From assembly GCA_964057225.1 (NCBI GenBank), contig OZ059897.1, forward strand, positions 10,416,001 to 10,480,000: DNA of 64,000 nt, given 5' to 3'. Positions 33,801-44,338 of this stretch are shown here, piece by piece (within the stretch, counting starts at the first letter, position 1; each line of letters starts with the position of its first letter). Below the pieces are notes generated by a model. The model was not told the origin of the DNA. It did not search any database and worked only from the letters and a program-made list of their open reading frames with translations. The position numbers were made by a program, and so were the translations under genes. This stretch comes from Auanema rhodensis (taxonomy: Eukaryota; Animalia; Nematoda).

Positions 33801-36599
33801 TTTAATTCAAATACTTATTTAAGTTCTATCAATTTTCGATTTAATCACGTTCAATCAACTGTATTGTTTTCAAAAATAAAGACATCTTTCAATTTCTGGT
33901 CATTGAATTAGAATTTTCATGTTGTCACACAGAAATTGAAGAATCTTAGTTCATATCAGTAACAATGAACACACTAACTTTGTTAAGTTGTTGTAATATC
34001 GGCCCAAGTAGTATAGTGGTTAGTACTCCACGTTGTGGCCGTGGCGACACAGGTTCGATTCCTGTCTTGGGCATTTTTTGTTTTGAAATTTAAATGCTAT
34101 AAAATTATTGCTTGTTTGTCATGTTAGATTTGTTTAATTCAAATACTTATTTAAGTTCTAACAATTTTTGATTTAATCACGTTCAATTAACTGTATTGTT
34201 TTCAAAAATAAAGACAAAATTCAATTTCTGTTCATTGAATTAGAATTTTCATGTTGTCACACAGAAATTGAAGAATCTTAGTTCAATTCAGTAACAATGA
34301 ACACACTAACTTTGTTAAGTTGTTGTAATATCGGCCCAAGTAATATAGTGGTTAGTACTCCACGTTGTGGCCGTGGCGACACAGATTCGATTCCTGTTCT
34401 GGGCATTTTTTGTTTTGAAATTTAAATGCTATAAAATTATTGCTTGCTTGTCATGTTAGATTTTTTTAATTTGAATACTTATTCAAGTTATAACAATTTT
34501 CGATTTAATCACGTTCAATCAACTGTATTGTTTTCAAAAATAAAGACATCTTTCAATTTCTGGTCATTGAATTAGAATTTTCATGTTGTCACACAGAAAT
34601 TGAAGAATCTTAGTTCATTTCAGTAACAATGAACACACTAACTTTGTTAAGTTGTTGTAATATCGGCCCAAGTAGTATAGTGGTTAGTACTCCACGTTGT
34701 GGCCGTGGCGACACAGGTTCGATTCCTGTCTTGGGCATTTTTTGTTTTGAAATTAAAATGCTATAAAATTATTGCTTGCTTGTCTTGTTAGATTTCTTTA
34801 ATTTGAATACTTATTCAAGTTATAACATTTTTTGATTTAATCACGTTCAATCAACTGTATTGTTTTCAAAAATAAAGACAAAATTCAATTTCTGTTCATT
34901 GAATTAGAATTTTCATGTTGTCACACAGAAATTGAAGAATCTTAGTTCAATTCAGTAACAATGAACACACTAACTTTGTTAAGTTGTTGTAATATCGGCC
35001 CAAGTAATATAGTGGTTAGTACTCCACGTTGTGGCCGTGGCGACACAGATTCGATTCCTGTCTTGGGCATTTTTTGTTTTGAAATTAAAATGCTACAAAA
35101 TTATTGCTTGCTTGTCATGTTAGATTTCTTTAATTTGAATACTTATTAAAGTTATAACAATTTTCGATTTAATCACGTTCAATCAACTGTATTGTTTTCA
35201 AAAATAAAGACATCTTTCAATTTCTGGTCATTGAATTAGAATTTTCATGTTGTCACACAGAAATTGAAGAATCTTAGTTCATTTCAGTAACAATGAACAC
35301 ACTAACTTCGTTAAGTTGTTGTAATATCGGCCCAAGTAGTATAGTGGTTAGTACTCCACGTTGTGGCCGTGGCGACACAGGTTCGATTCCTGTCTTGGGC
35401 ATTTTTTGTTTTGAAATTTAAATGCTATAAAATTATTGCTTGCTTGTCATGTTAGATTAGTTTAATTCAAATACTTATTTAAGTTCCAACATATTTCGAT
35501 CAAATCACGTTCATTTAACTGTATTGTTTTCAAAAATAAAGACATCTTTCAATTTCTGGTCATTGAATTAGAATTTTCATGTTGTCACACAGAAATTGAA
35601 GAATCTTAGTTCATTTCAGTAACAATGAACACACTAACTTTGTTAAGTTGTTGTAATATCGGCCCAAGTAGTATAGTGGTTAGTACTCCACGTTGTGGCC
35701 GTGGCGACACAGGTTCGATTCCTGTCTTGGGCATTTTTTGTTTTGAAATTTAAATGCTATAAAATTATTGCTTGCTTGTCATGTTAGATTTGTTTAATTC
35801 AAATACTTATTTAAGTTCTAACAATTTTTGATTTAATCACGTTCAATTAACTGTATTGTTTTCAAAAATAAAGACAAAATTCAATTTCTGTTCATTGAAT
35901 TAGAATTTTCATGTTGTCACACAGAAATTGAAGAATCTTAGTTCAATTCAGTAACAATGAACACACTAACTTTGTTAAGTTGTTGTAATATCGGCCCAAG
36001 TAATATAGTGGTTAGTACTCCACGTTGTGGCCGTGGCGACACAGATTCGATTCCTGTTTTGGGCATTTTTTGTTTTGAAATTTAAATGCTATAAAATTAT
36101 TGCTTGCTTGTCATGTTAGATTTTTTTAATTTGAATACTTATTCAAGTTATAACAATTTTCGATTTAATCACGTTCAATCAACTGTATTGTTTTCAAAAA
36201 TAAAGACATCTTTCAATTTCTGGTCATTGAATTAGAATTTTCATGTTGTCACACAGAAATTGAAGAATCTTAGTTCATTTCAGTAACAATGAACACACTA
36301 ACTTTGTTAAGTTGTTGTAATATCGGCCCAAGTAATATAGTGGTTAGTACTCCACGTTGTGGCCGTGGCGACACAGATTCGATTCCTGTCTTGGGCATTT
36401 TTTGTTTTGAAATTAAAATGCTACAAAATTATTGCTTGCTTGTCATGTTAGATTTCTTTAATTTGAATACTTATTTAAGTTATAACAATTTTCGATTTAA
36501 TCACGTTCAATCAACTGTATTGTTTTCAAAAATAAAGACAAAATTCAATTTCTGTTCATTGAATTAGAATTTTCATGTTGTCACACAGAAATTGAAGAA
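30836..36599 (+). repeat. tRNA-His array, segment 2 (~17 copies, 332 bp unit); mix of canonical and mutant copies
   Basis: First tRNA at 31014, last at ~36326; G53A (ACAGATTCG) and G10A (AGTAATATAG) variants appear here. Confidence 0.96.
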
Positions 36600-36951
36600 T
36601 GTGGCGTTATACCACAAGTGTATAGTATGGTTGGAAGTAAAACACAGAGCGAATATGTAGAAAAGGGTTTATTGATGAATTAACAAGACAAGCACGGAAT
36701 AAAATCACTGACTGCGAACGTTGAAAATGTAAGACTGATCTCTTCTCGTGGGCGGTCGTCAGCCTGAAACAAAGAGTTAGTCATGCCACATGTATAACAC
36801 AACATGTGGTATGGATAAAAATTACTTAGGAAGTTAGAAGAAAGAAGAAAGAAGAGAGAGAAAGAAGAGAGAGAGAGAGAGAACAGGAGAAACAAATAAA
36901 ACAATTGTTGAAGATAAAAAAATTATACAAACTCACTCGCTTATCGCGACA
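36600..36951 (-). repeat. BEL/Pao 3' LTR (352 bp)
   Basis: TGTGGCG...CGCGACA, near-identical to 46007-46360; contains a GA-rich microsatellite. Confidence 0.95.
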
Positions 36952-36981
36952 CTCCCAGCAATGCGGGAATGAGAAGAAGGC

Positions 36982-37494
36982 CTACAAAGGTCTTTTACGT
37001 TTTATATCTCCACAAACCACTCCATGATGCGTATCCGCCTTACATCTATAGCAGGATACCTCGCATATCGCTGGATGTTTTTGATTCAAACATCTGATGC
37101 ATAACCCCAGTTCATGAAGACGGAGAGTGCGTTCCGGTGAGGAAGGATAAATCGGACAGGCCGCAGTACGGTGCCCATCAGCTGTCGGTTTATTGCAGAA
37201 TACACATGAAGCTTTAGGAGCAGTCTGAATGGTCAAATTGTCTAGTTTCAGATTTAACGAATGTTGAATATTGTCCAGTCGTTCGGATAGATGGTTCACC
37301 GCGCTAGCTAGGTGCTCGTAGAGCCTCTTTTCAAGCACAATTAGTTGCCTCAGATTGGCAGCAGTGTTAGGTAGATGGGAATATTTTTTGAGCTCTTCCT
37401 CAAAGGAAGCATTCTCAATTATATTCGAGACTATATCTTCCATTTTCATGGAATATAGGAAAGACATGAGCTGCATCCTTATATACATGTTCAC
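36982..37494 (-). CDS. Accessory ORF or exon downstream of env: coiled coil plus Gag-like triple Cys/His knuckle
   Basis: CVFC..GHRTAAC, CIRCLNQKH...C and CYRC...HHGVVC; preceded by a possible splice acceptor GTCCAG at ~37497-37502. Confidence 0.75.
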   Translation of the reverse strand: MNMYIRMQLMSFLYSMKMEDIVSNIIENASFEEELKKYSHLPNTAANLRQLIVLEKRLYEHLASAVNHLSERLDNIQHSLNLKLDNLTIQTAPKASCVFCNKPTADGHRTAACPIYPSSPERTLRLHELGLCIRCLNQKHPAICEVSCYRCKADTHHGVVCGDIKRKRPL

Positions 37495-37885
37495 ATCTGG
37501 ACTTTAAACGCTGATTATCATCTATTAGTTCATTGTACAATGGTGTGTTTAGGTTATCTTGTTACAGATACAATGAATTTTAGAGCCTGTACAAAAGGTT
37601 ATGTGTTATGTAACTGAGTTGGATAAAAAAAACTTGATACTACCATAAATTGAAAAGAAAGAAAAACTATGATATTGTTTTATTACAATGGTTATATTCG
37701 TACATAATGCTTTCTTTTTCTTTTGTTTCATTATTATTTCAATTTTCAATTTTAAATTTTATCTCCACAAGAAATTCTTCTCTTATGCTTTTAAAATCTT
37801 TGATCCAGAAATAAGGCTTTTGATTTTATCCACAGTGTGAATATCCTGGTAGCTATCCATTGTGTGGTTAAGACTGTATTCAAAA

Positions 37886-39280
37886 CTACACAGTACATGA
37901 TGGGTGTACATGCCACATATCCATGGTGGCGGTTATTGCAACGCCTATCAATATGATTCCCAACTTTGATAAAATTAACTTGAAGATTGGGGCAAAGTCA
38001 ATGGATTTGGATTCTGTACCCTTACTTGAGTCACTTTCGTTTATTTCATCTATGCTTGCTATGTGATGTAATATTCCTTTAATAATGATCTTAATTTTTT
38101 TATTGTCGCATGTGGTATAGCATAATTCATCAATCTGAGAATTTTCTCTTTTCATTGTTACTTTTGTGATTGCTACTTTTGGAGAGCATTTTATCATGAA
38201 TACTTCTTTTTGACATTCGATAGAAATCCATGTTTCTTCTGCCGTAAGGCATTGGAATTCTGCGAATGCACCCTGCCCGCAGGAGTAGCAACCTGATAGT
38301 TTTGTCAGGGCAGGTGCGCAAGGCAAATTGTTGGAGAAAATCACTGAGTTTAAGAATAGGGATGAATCGACCGTAACTAAATTTTCGTCTAAATTCGTAG
38401 AGAATGATAACGTGTTATCTTTAGTTTTAAAGTTTTGGTTAGGAGATGTTATGTCTGATGTATTGGACATTTTTTCAAAAGTAGGGGTATCACACCTACA
38501 TTTTATTTCATCAAATCTATTGAATGTGCAAGGGCAGAATGAGGATACTGTACAGTTATTAAAATGTTTTAATGCGGCTTCCTCTGTTGCACATTGAATT
38601 ATTCCCTTTGTGTGTATATCCGTAATGTACGTGTTTTCTTTGGAGGAAAAAAATAATTTTGTGTACATTTCTGGAGGAGGTTGTGATTGTGATAACGTTG
38701 TTATATTGAAAAGTTGTTCACGATTTTTTGTGTAAGGTTGTAGAGTGATATTGTAATTATTTTTCTGCTGGAGTAATGTTGTTTCTATATTAAATACGGT
38801 TTGGGTGGACCAACTATCACAAGTATAGACTTCGTATACTTCCTCAGTGACGGGTATATGCTCTATTTTGTAGAAAAGGCACGGATCTGTCCAAATCATA
38901 GGACATGTGTAAAATCTCGCTGACGATGTGAAGCAACCTGATTGTGAAGGGAACGTATATGGTTGTAGTTCCTCGATTTTATTATGAAGCGAGTTAGTTT
39001 CACATGTTCCGTCACACGAGCCCCGGTGACGGCATCGTAATATGCTCAATATGTTGACGGTTGTCTGTCTAGTGAAGTATCTAGTATTCTTCTGGCAGAC
39101 ATGTTCAGTATATAGTTTAGTTATTTTAAATTGACCAATTTCATGATTAGAATGCGTTATGGTAATGCATAATTGTTTTGTTCCGGGAGAAAATATGATA
39201 TCTTGACTGTATTCGTGATAACAAGCTAAGTTGTCATCGCATCGTATGTTAACGAAGTGTTGAACGTGAACATCGGAACA
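37886..39280 (-). other. env: Phlebovirus Gc (G2)-like class II fusion glycoprotein domain
   Basis: Follows signal LLAIILALCIGSCSS; Cys pattern C..TRYFTR..RC...GSC...C..CLFY..YTC.SW..GCYSC..GA...C; C-terminal hydrophobic segment. Confidence 0.85.
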
Positions 39281-42200
39281 TGAACTGCAGCTTCCAATAC
39301 ATAAAGCCAAGATGATTGCCAGTAACGATGGTAAAGATGTTTGCGACCCTCTAGTAAAGAGAGAGAATTTTGGTGGCTTTCTCGTATGGTTTAAAATAGG
39401 GTAAATATGCTTTTGAAAGGTTTCATGATCCACAATATTAGCGTCTTGTGTGTTCGTTTGTTTTAATTGCAACGTATCATTGTGGTCTTCTGTTATTTTT
39501 TGATCAGTTTCATGATCTTCTTGTTTGGAGATTGTTTTATGTTTTAATTTCATGATGTTGAGCATGGTTTGAGTGTTTCTGGACCATGTCTTATATCTAT
39601 ATTGGCTGTAACCCATGCGGCATAGACAAGAGACTATGAGGGTAACGGCCATAATGGTTATTATCACTGTCCATGTTGCCATTTCTGGGGAGCAATGAGG
39701 ATTCGCTATAAGTTTTGTGGTGAACATGTTAGAGTCCTTGCAACTATTGATTTCTTCGGCATATGTCGAAGTTATTATAATCGGTAAGGAAAGCGCTTTC
39801 ATTATGTCAGCTGCTACTTTTGGGTTTATTTTATTTTTTCTTTGGTGTGTAGCATAGGACATTTTTAGTGGGAAGGCTTTTATAATTTCCTTCTCAGTGA
39901 CATCATCTTGTTCTGTATATTTTGCTGTTTTTACTGCTGATTGTTTTGTCTTATTTTGAGGTCGATCATTTGTGGCATCCTCATTATTCTCTGTTTCTGG
40001 AGTGTATGTATTATCATGTTGAGAGTTGTCTGATTCATATGCAATATCGTAATTATGGTTGCTATCATTTATGTTATTGTTCTCATGTATTGTTTCATCT
40101 GTATGTTCTATATGATGATCGGAGTGTATGTTGTCTAATACGGTATCAGTATGTGCTATTCTATCTGTTGAGCTATTATTTTCTTGGACTATGTGTGAGT
40201 TGTCTTCTATGATTTTGTTGTTGCTAGTGTTGCATCTTATCTCTAGTGGATAGAGCTGATTGATGGATCGAGTAATTATGTTTCCGTTGCTTGTTGCAAC
40301 TTTTGCTGAACGTATGTTGCCATCTGAACTAGTAATTGTTTCAATAATGCGACCTAGTTTCCATGTTCCTCGTGGCGACATGTCGTTTTGTATTATTACT
40401 ATTTCATCCTTGTGAGGAAAGAGATTTGTGTGATTTTTTCTCTTGTTTTTATATTTGAAAATGTCTTTTAAACTAGTTAGATACTCCTCCTGGAAACGTG
40501 TCCAGAATTTAGACGCTGAGTCTTCTGATAACTGAAGAGCTTCTAGCGCTTGTTCTGTCGATTGAATCGTTTGGATATCGCTGTGAATATCGAATATATG
40601 AGTGTTATCATTGTTTTCTGGTAATGAAAACTTTATTGCTGATGTTAAAAAATCAATTGGTCTTATGGGTAAAGCATCTAAATTATCTGGGTGTGGATGA
40701 GTGAGTGGGCGTGTATTAATTATGGCTTCTATTTTTACAATAGCTGTGTGTAAATCATCTAGTGACATTTGACTAGGAACGAAGCATTTTTTGAGGGATG
40801 ATTTGGTGACACCTACTAAGCGTTCCCAACAACCTCCTTTCCAAGGAGATAGCGGAGTGTTGTATATCCATTTAATTTTTCTTTGAGCTAATGTGTTTAG
40901 TATGCTACTTTCATTGTAATCCGAGGTTTTTTCAAGGGTTTCTAATATTTTTGAGCTCAGAATAAAGTTTCCTGCGCAGTCACTGCGCATAATTTCTGGA
41001 GTACCTCTGCGTGAAATAAATCTATTAAATGCATTCATAAAGGCAACTGTGGATTGATTGGTGACTACCTCTAAGTGAACCGCTCTAGTTGTCATGCATG
41101 TAAACAGACAAATATGGACTTTAGACCCATTTCGAAGGGTGAAGGGGCCCATAAGATCACACCCTGTTGAAAAGAATGCTCTTGTAAGAATTGTTCTGTC
41201 TTTTGGTAGCGATGGCATATCTGGTAATTCATAAGGATGTGATTGAAATCTTTTACATGTCACACAGTTTTTCAATGTTTGCTTAATGACTCCGGTTATT
41301 TTTGGTATATAGAACTTTTGTCTGAGTTGAATAAGCGTGAAATTTTTGCCTTGATGATTATTATCTTTGTGTATTTTGTTGATCAGTTTTTTAACTATGG
41401 GGTTTGTTTTGAGAAGGAATATAGGGTTTTTTGTCTCTTCGGGAAGAAGAGTATTTTGTAAACGACTTCTTACGCGATAAATGTCCCATGTATCTTTGAA
41501 GAATTTTAAATTTATATTTCTTTGCTGTAGCTCATCGAGGCTCATATTAGATTGGCTGTTACTGATCAAAATTTTTTCAATTATGTTGATGTCTTCAACA
41601 GTATTCGTGTCTGTTGATGTGAGATGTTTTATTTTTTGCAACTTGTTGGCGTCGTTAGGATGGACTTTAAGAAACCATTTTTTGAATAATTTTCCTACGG
41701 TTGTCATTGTTTTGATCACATCATCATAGTTTTCACGAATGTTCCAAATATCATCGGTTGGAAGATTGTCTATAATTATGTGGACCACATTGTGATGCTC
41801 CGATTCTGATTCTGCGTTATTCCTGTTAGAGTTCTTAGGCGAGCCGAATGATGTCAGAGGGTTATGAGCGGAAAGTTTAGTTAACCAATGTGGACCCTTT
41901 ATCCAGTCGGAATCTTGTAGTTTCTCGATGTCTGCACCTCGGGATCCGATGTCTGCAGTATTGTACGAAGTTTGTACATGATGTAATTCTACATTGCAAC
42001 ATACTTGTTTGATTTGGTGTAGCTGTTTATTTATAATGTTTGTTTGATTTTTAATGAACAGTGGGAGGGATTTTAGAGAAATAATCCATGATAGCGCGAT
42101 GTTGCTATCGCTTACAATGTTGACTTTTGCCACTTTCGGGCATATGGTTACAATAGCTAATGCCATTCGTACTGCTAAGCGGATGGCTAATAATTCTAAT

Positions 42201-44338
42201 CGAGGAATTGTGGTCTTATTTTTGGGTGCTATGCGCGATTTACCGTTGAGCAGAGAACTAATCTGCTCGTTTGTTTGGAAATATGAACATGCGGCCATGG
42301 CTTGGTTGCTTGCGTCAGCAAAGACCCATAACTGTGTTTTATGTTCAGAGAATTTAAAATATCTTTTCATGGTCAATTGCTGATTGTTAATGTGATTAAT
42401 ATGTTGTTCCCATTGTTTGATATTATCTGATTCAATGGGTTGGTCCCATGATAATTTTGTGTTTATGATTTCTCGCAAGATAAGTTTGAGAGGTAACAGT
42501 AATGGTGCTGCTAATCCAATGGGATCAAATATTGAGTGTAGCTGACTGAGTAGAATTCTCTTGGTGTAACTTGTGTGAGTCGTTGTTATTTTTATTGGGA
42601 TAATGAAGGAGTCGTGTTCTTTATTAAAAGATATGCCAAGTATTTTGGTTGTCATGTTCGGATATCTGTCTTCTTCAGGAAGGTTCTGTATTACTTGTTC
42701 GTCGTTTGACAAGAATTCGCGAACATGCATGTTTATTTCTGTAAATAGTTTTTGGGTTTCTTTACATTTCTTTATAGCTTCTGCTGTTGTATTTGCTGTA
42801 AGAATGATATTGTCAACGTATAAGTTGTTCAGTATTTCCATAGCTAATTGGTTGTCTACTTTTGATTCTAAGAACCATTTTATGCCCATGTTCAATACGC
42901 TGGGGGATGCAGTGATACCGAACGGTAATCTGTTGAATCGAAGGGTTATGATATTATTGTGAGATATTGGGTATTCTTTGTTTTTTATCCAAAAGAATTT
43001 GCATAGATTTTTGTGATTCTCTGTCAGTTGTATTTGTAAAAATGCGGCTTTGATATCGCATGTTATTAATATTGGTCTTGTTCTGCAGGAGATCATGATG
43101 TCGTGTATATATGTGATAAATGATCGTCCTGTGTGTATTATCTCATTCAACGATGGGCTGTCTTTCTGTTTAGCGGAGGCGTCAAAAACGATTCTGAGAG
43201 GGTTAGCCTTGCTGGGCTTCCAAACCCCATGGTGGGGCATATAAAACTCTAAAGGCTTCTGGTGATTGTTGGGAATTTGTTCGACAATGTTATCTTTGAG
43301 GTAACTTTCAATGGTTGTAGTATAGTGTGAGAGCATTTCTGGATTGTGCAGTAACTTTCGCCATAGGGATACGAATCTATGGTACGCGGGCATTTTGTTG
43401 TTTTTAAGATTTTTGAAGTTATTTTTTAACGGGAACGGTGCAATAATACGGTTGTTCTCAATTTTTATATCTTTTGAGTATTCTTCATAGTAATCAATAG
43501 TGCGGTCTGCGTTGGCATTTTCTGTATTGATGCCGATAGAATCCAGTTCAAACAGATTAGTGAGGAGTTCTTTATGAGAGGTTTCTTTTGTTATTTCTTC
43601 TACTGTAGAGCATAATATTACTTCTTGTTGTGTATTATCATCGGGAAGAGGAGCTTCATGTATCATGTGGCCGAATACCGAATTTTTCAATCTCATACGT
43701 GAGGGGAGTTCGGTTTCTTCGTTTAAATGCATGAACAGTTTGTATCTATCCATACCTATCAGTATATCCGGAGTAAATGATTCTCCGTTTGTTTGTGGAT
43801 TGGCTAATTTTATTTTTCTTGTCTTTATAAATTTCAAGTCTTCTTTAGATAGTTTTGGACAACGTATGGGTGTGGTTAACATGGGTTTGGTGAATAGTTT
43901 TGTTACGATAAGGGATCCACTTGAGGTTCCAATAATTACCTTTACGTCCTGAACTTCGTGCGTTTCGGACAATGCTCCGATACCGTAAAAGGTTTTCTTT
44001 TGAGAACCAAGGATGGGCAATCCTAACTTAGTGGATAAGTCCTTGGATATAAAAGATCTCATGGATCCTTCATCTATGAGCATGCGTACTTGCTCATATT
44101 TTTTACTATTGTGGTTGTATATGTTCGTCATTGCTGTTCGTAATATTACTTGACTTTCTTCAATATTATGGGTGTCGGCAATGTGATTAAGCGATACTGG
44201 TGCATTAAGTGCCTCAGTAGGGATTCGATTATTAGTGTCAGAGTCTTGTTTATATTCTGTTGTTTTTTTATTCAATAATTCTTCTGTGGTGATCAGTAAA
44301 GCCTGATCTTTTTTAATTGTGGAAGTTTCTTTATCTTT
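37886..44338 (-). CDS. pol-env: BEL/Pao Pol-Env polyprotein: PR, RT, RNase H, integrase, reduced Gn-like segment, Gc-like fusogen
   Basis: PR LIDEGS..ILIGMD; RT LRIVFDAS, DIKAAFLQI, LPFG, YVDN; RH FADAS, TIPRLEL; IN CVTC, DLMGP, RSDCA, WERLV. Frame is open up to the gag stop. Confidence 0.94.
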   Translation of the reverse strand, partial: KDKETSTIKKDQALLITTEELLNKKTTEYKQDSDTNNRIPTEALNAPVSLNHIADTHNIEESQVILRTAMTNIYNHNSKKYEQVRMLIDEGSMRSFISKDLSTKLGLPILGSQKKTFYGIGALSETHEVQDVKVIIGTSSGSLIVTKLFTKPMLTTPIRCPKLSKEDLKFIKTRKIKLANPQTNGESFTPDILIGMDRYKLFMHLNEETELPSRMRLKNSVFGHMIHEAPLPDDNTQQEVILCSTVEEITKETSHKELLTNLFELDSIGINTENANADRTIDYYEEYSKDIKIENNRIIAPFPLKNNFKNLKNNKMPAYHRFVSLWRKLLHNPEMLSHYTTTIESYLKDNIVEQIPNNHQKPLEFYMPHHGVWKPSKANPLRIVFDASAKQKDSPSLNEIIHTGRSFITYIHDIMISCRTRPILITCDIKAAFLQIQLTENHKNLCKFFWIKNKEYPISHNNIITLRFNRLPFGITASPSVLNMGIKWFLESKVDNQLAMEILNNLYVDNIILTANTTAEAIKKCKETQKLFTEINMHVREFLSNDEQVIQNLPEEDRYPNMTTKILGISFNKEHDSFIIPIKITTTHTSYTKRILLSQLHSIFDPIGLAAPLLLPLKLILREIINTKLSWDQPIESDNIKQWEQHINHINNQQLTMKRYFKFSEHKTQLWVFADASNQAMAACSYFQTNEQISSLLNGKSRIAPKNKTTIPRLELLAIRLAVRMALAIVTICPKVAKVNIVSDSNIALSWIISLKSLPLFIKNQTNIINKQLHQIKQVCCNVELHHVQTSYNTADIGSRGADIEKLQDSDWIKGPHWLTKLSAHNPLTSFGSPKNSNRNNAESESEHHNVVHIIIDNLPTDDIWNIRENYDDVIKTMTTVGKLFKKWFLKVHPNDANKLQKIKHLTSTDTNTVEDINIIEKILISNSQSNMSLDELQQRNINLKFFKDTWDIYRVRSRLQNTLLPEETKNPIFLLKTNPIVKKLINKIHKDNNHQGKNFTLIQLRQKFYIPKITGVIKQTLKNCVTCKRFQSHPYELPDMPSLPKDRTILTRAFFSTGCDLMGPFTLRNGSKVHICLFTCMTTRAVHLEVVTNQSTVAFMNAFNRFISRRGTPEIMRSDCAGNFILSSKILETLEKTSDYNESSILNTLAQRKIKWIYNTPLSPWKGGCWERLVGVTKSSLKKCFVPSQMSLDDLHTAIVKIEAIINTRPLTHPHPDNLDALPIRPIDFLTSAIKFSLPENNDNTHIFDIHSDIQTIQSTEQALEALQLSEDSASKFWTRFQEEYLTSLKDIFKYKNKRKNHTNLFPHKDEIVIIQNDMSPRGTWKLGRIIETITSSDGNIRSAKVATSNGNIITRSINQLYPLEIRCNTSNNKIIEDNSHIVQENNSSTDRIAHTDTVLDNIHSDHHIEHTDETIHENNNINDSNHNYDIAYESDNSQHDNTYTPETENNEDATNDRPQNKTKQSAVKTAKYTEQDDVTEKEIIKAFPLKMSYATHQRKNKINPKVAADIMKALSLPIIITSTYAEEINSCKDSNMFTTKLIANPHCSPEMATWTVIITIMAVTLIVSCLCRMGYSQYRYKTWSRNTQTMLNIMKLKHKTISKQEDHETDQKITEDHNDTLQLKQTNTQDANIVDHETFQKHIYPILNHTRKPPKFSLFTRGSQTSLPSLLAIILALCIGSCSSCSDVHVQHFVNIRCDDNLACYHEYSQDIIFSPGTKQLCITITHSNHEIGQFKITKLYTEHVCQKNTRYFTRQTTVNILSILRCRHRGSCDGTCETNSLHNKIEELQPYTFPSQSGCFTSSARFYTCPMIWTDPCLFYKIEHIPVTEEVYEVYTCDSWSTQTVFNIETTLLQQKNNYNITLQPYTKNREQLFNITTLSQSQPPPEMYTKLFFSSKENTYITDIHTKGIIQCATEEAALKHFNNCTVSSFCPCTFNRFDEIKCRCDTPTFEKMSNTSDITSPNQNFKTKDNTLSFSTNLDENLVTVDSSLFLNSVIFSNNLPCAPALTKLSGCYSCGQGAFAEFQCLTAEETWISIECQKEVFMIKCSPKVAITKVTMKRENSQIDELCYTTCDNKKIKIIIKGILHHIASIDEINESDSSKGTESKSIDFAPIFKLILSKLGIILIGVAITATMDMWHVHPSCTV

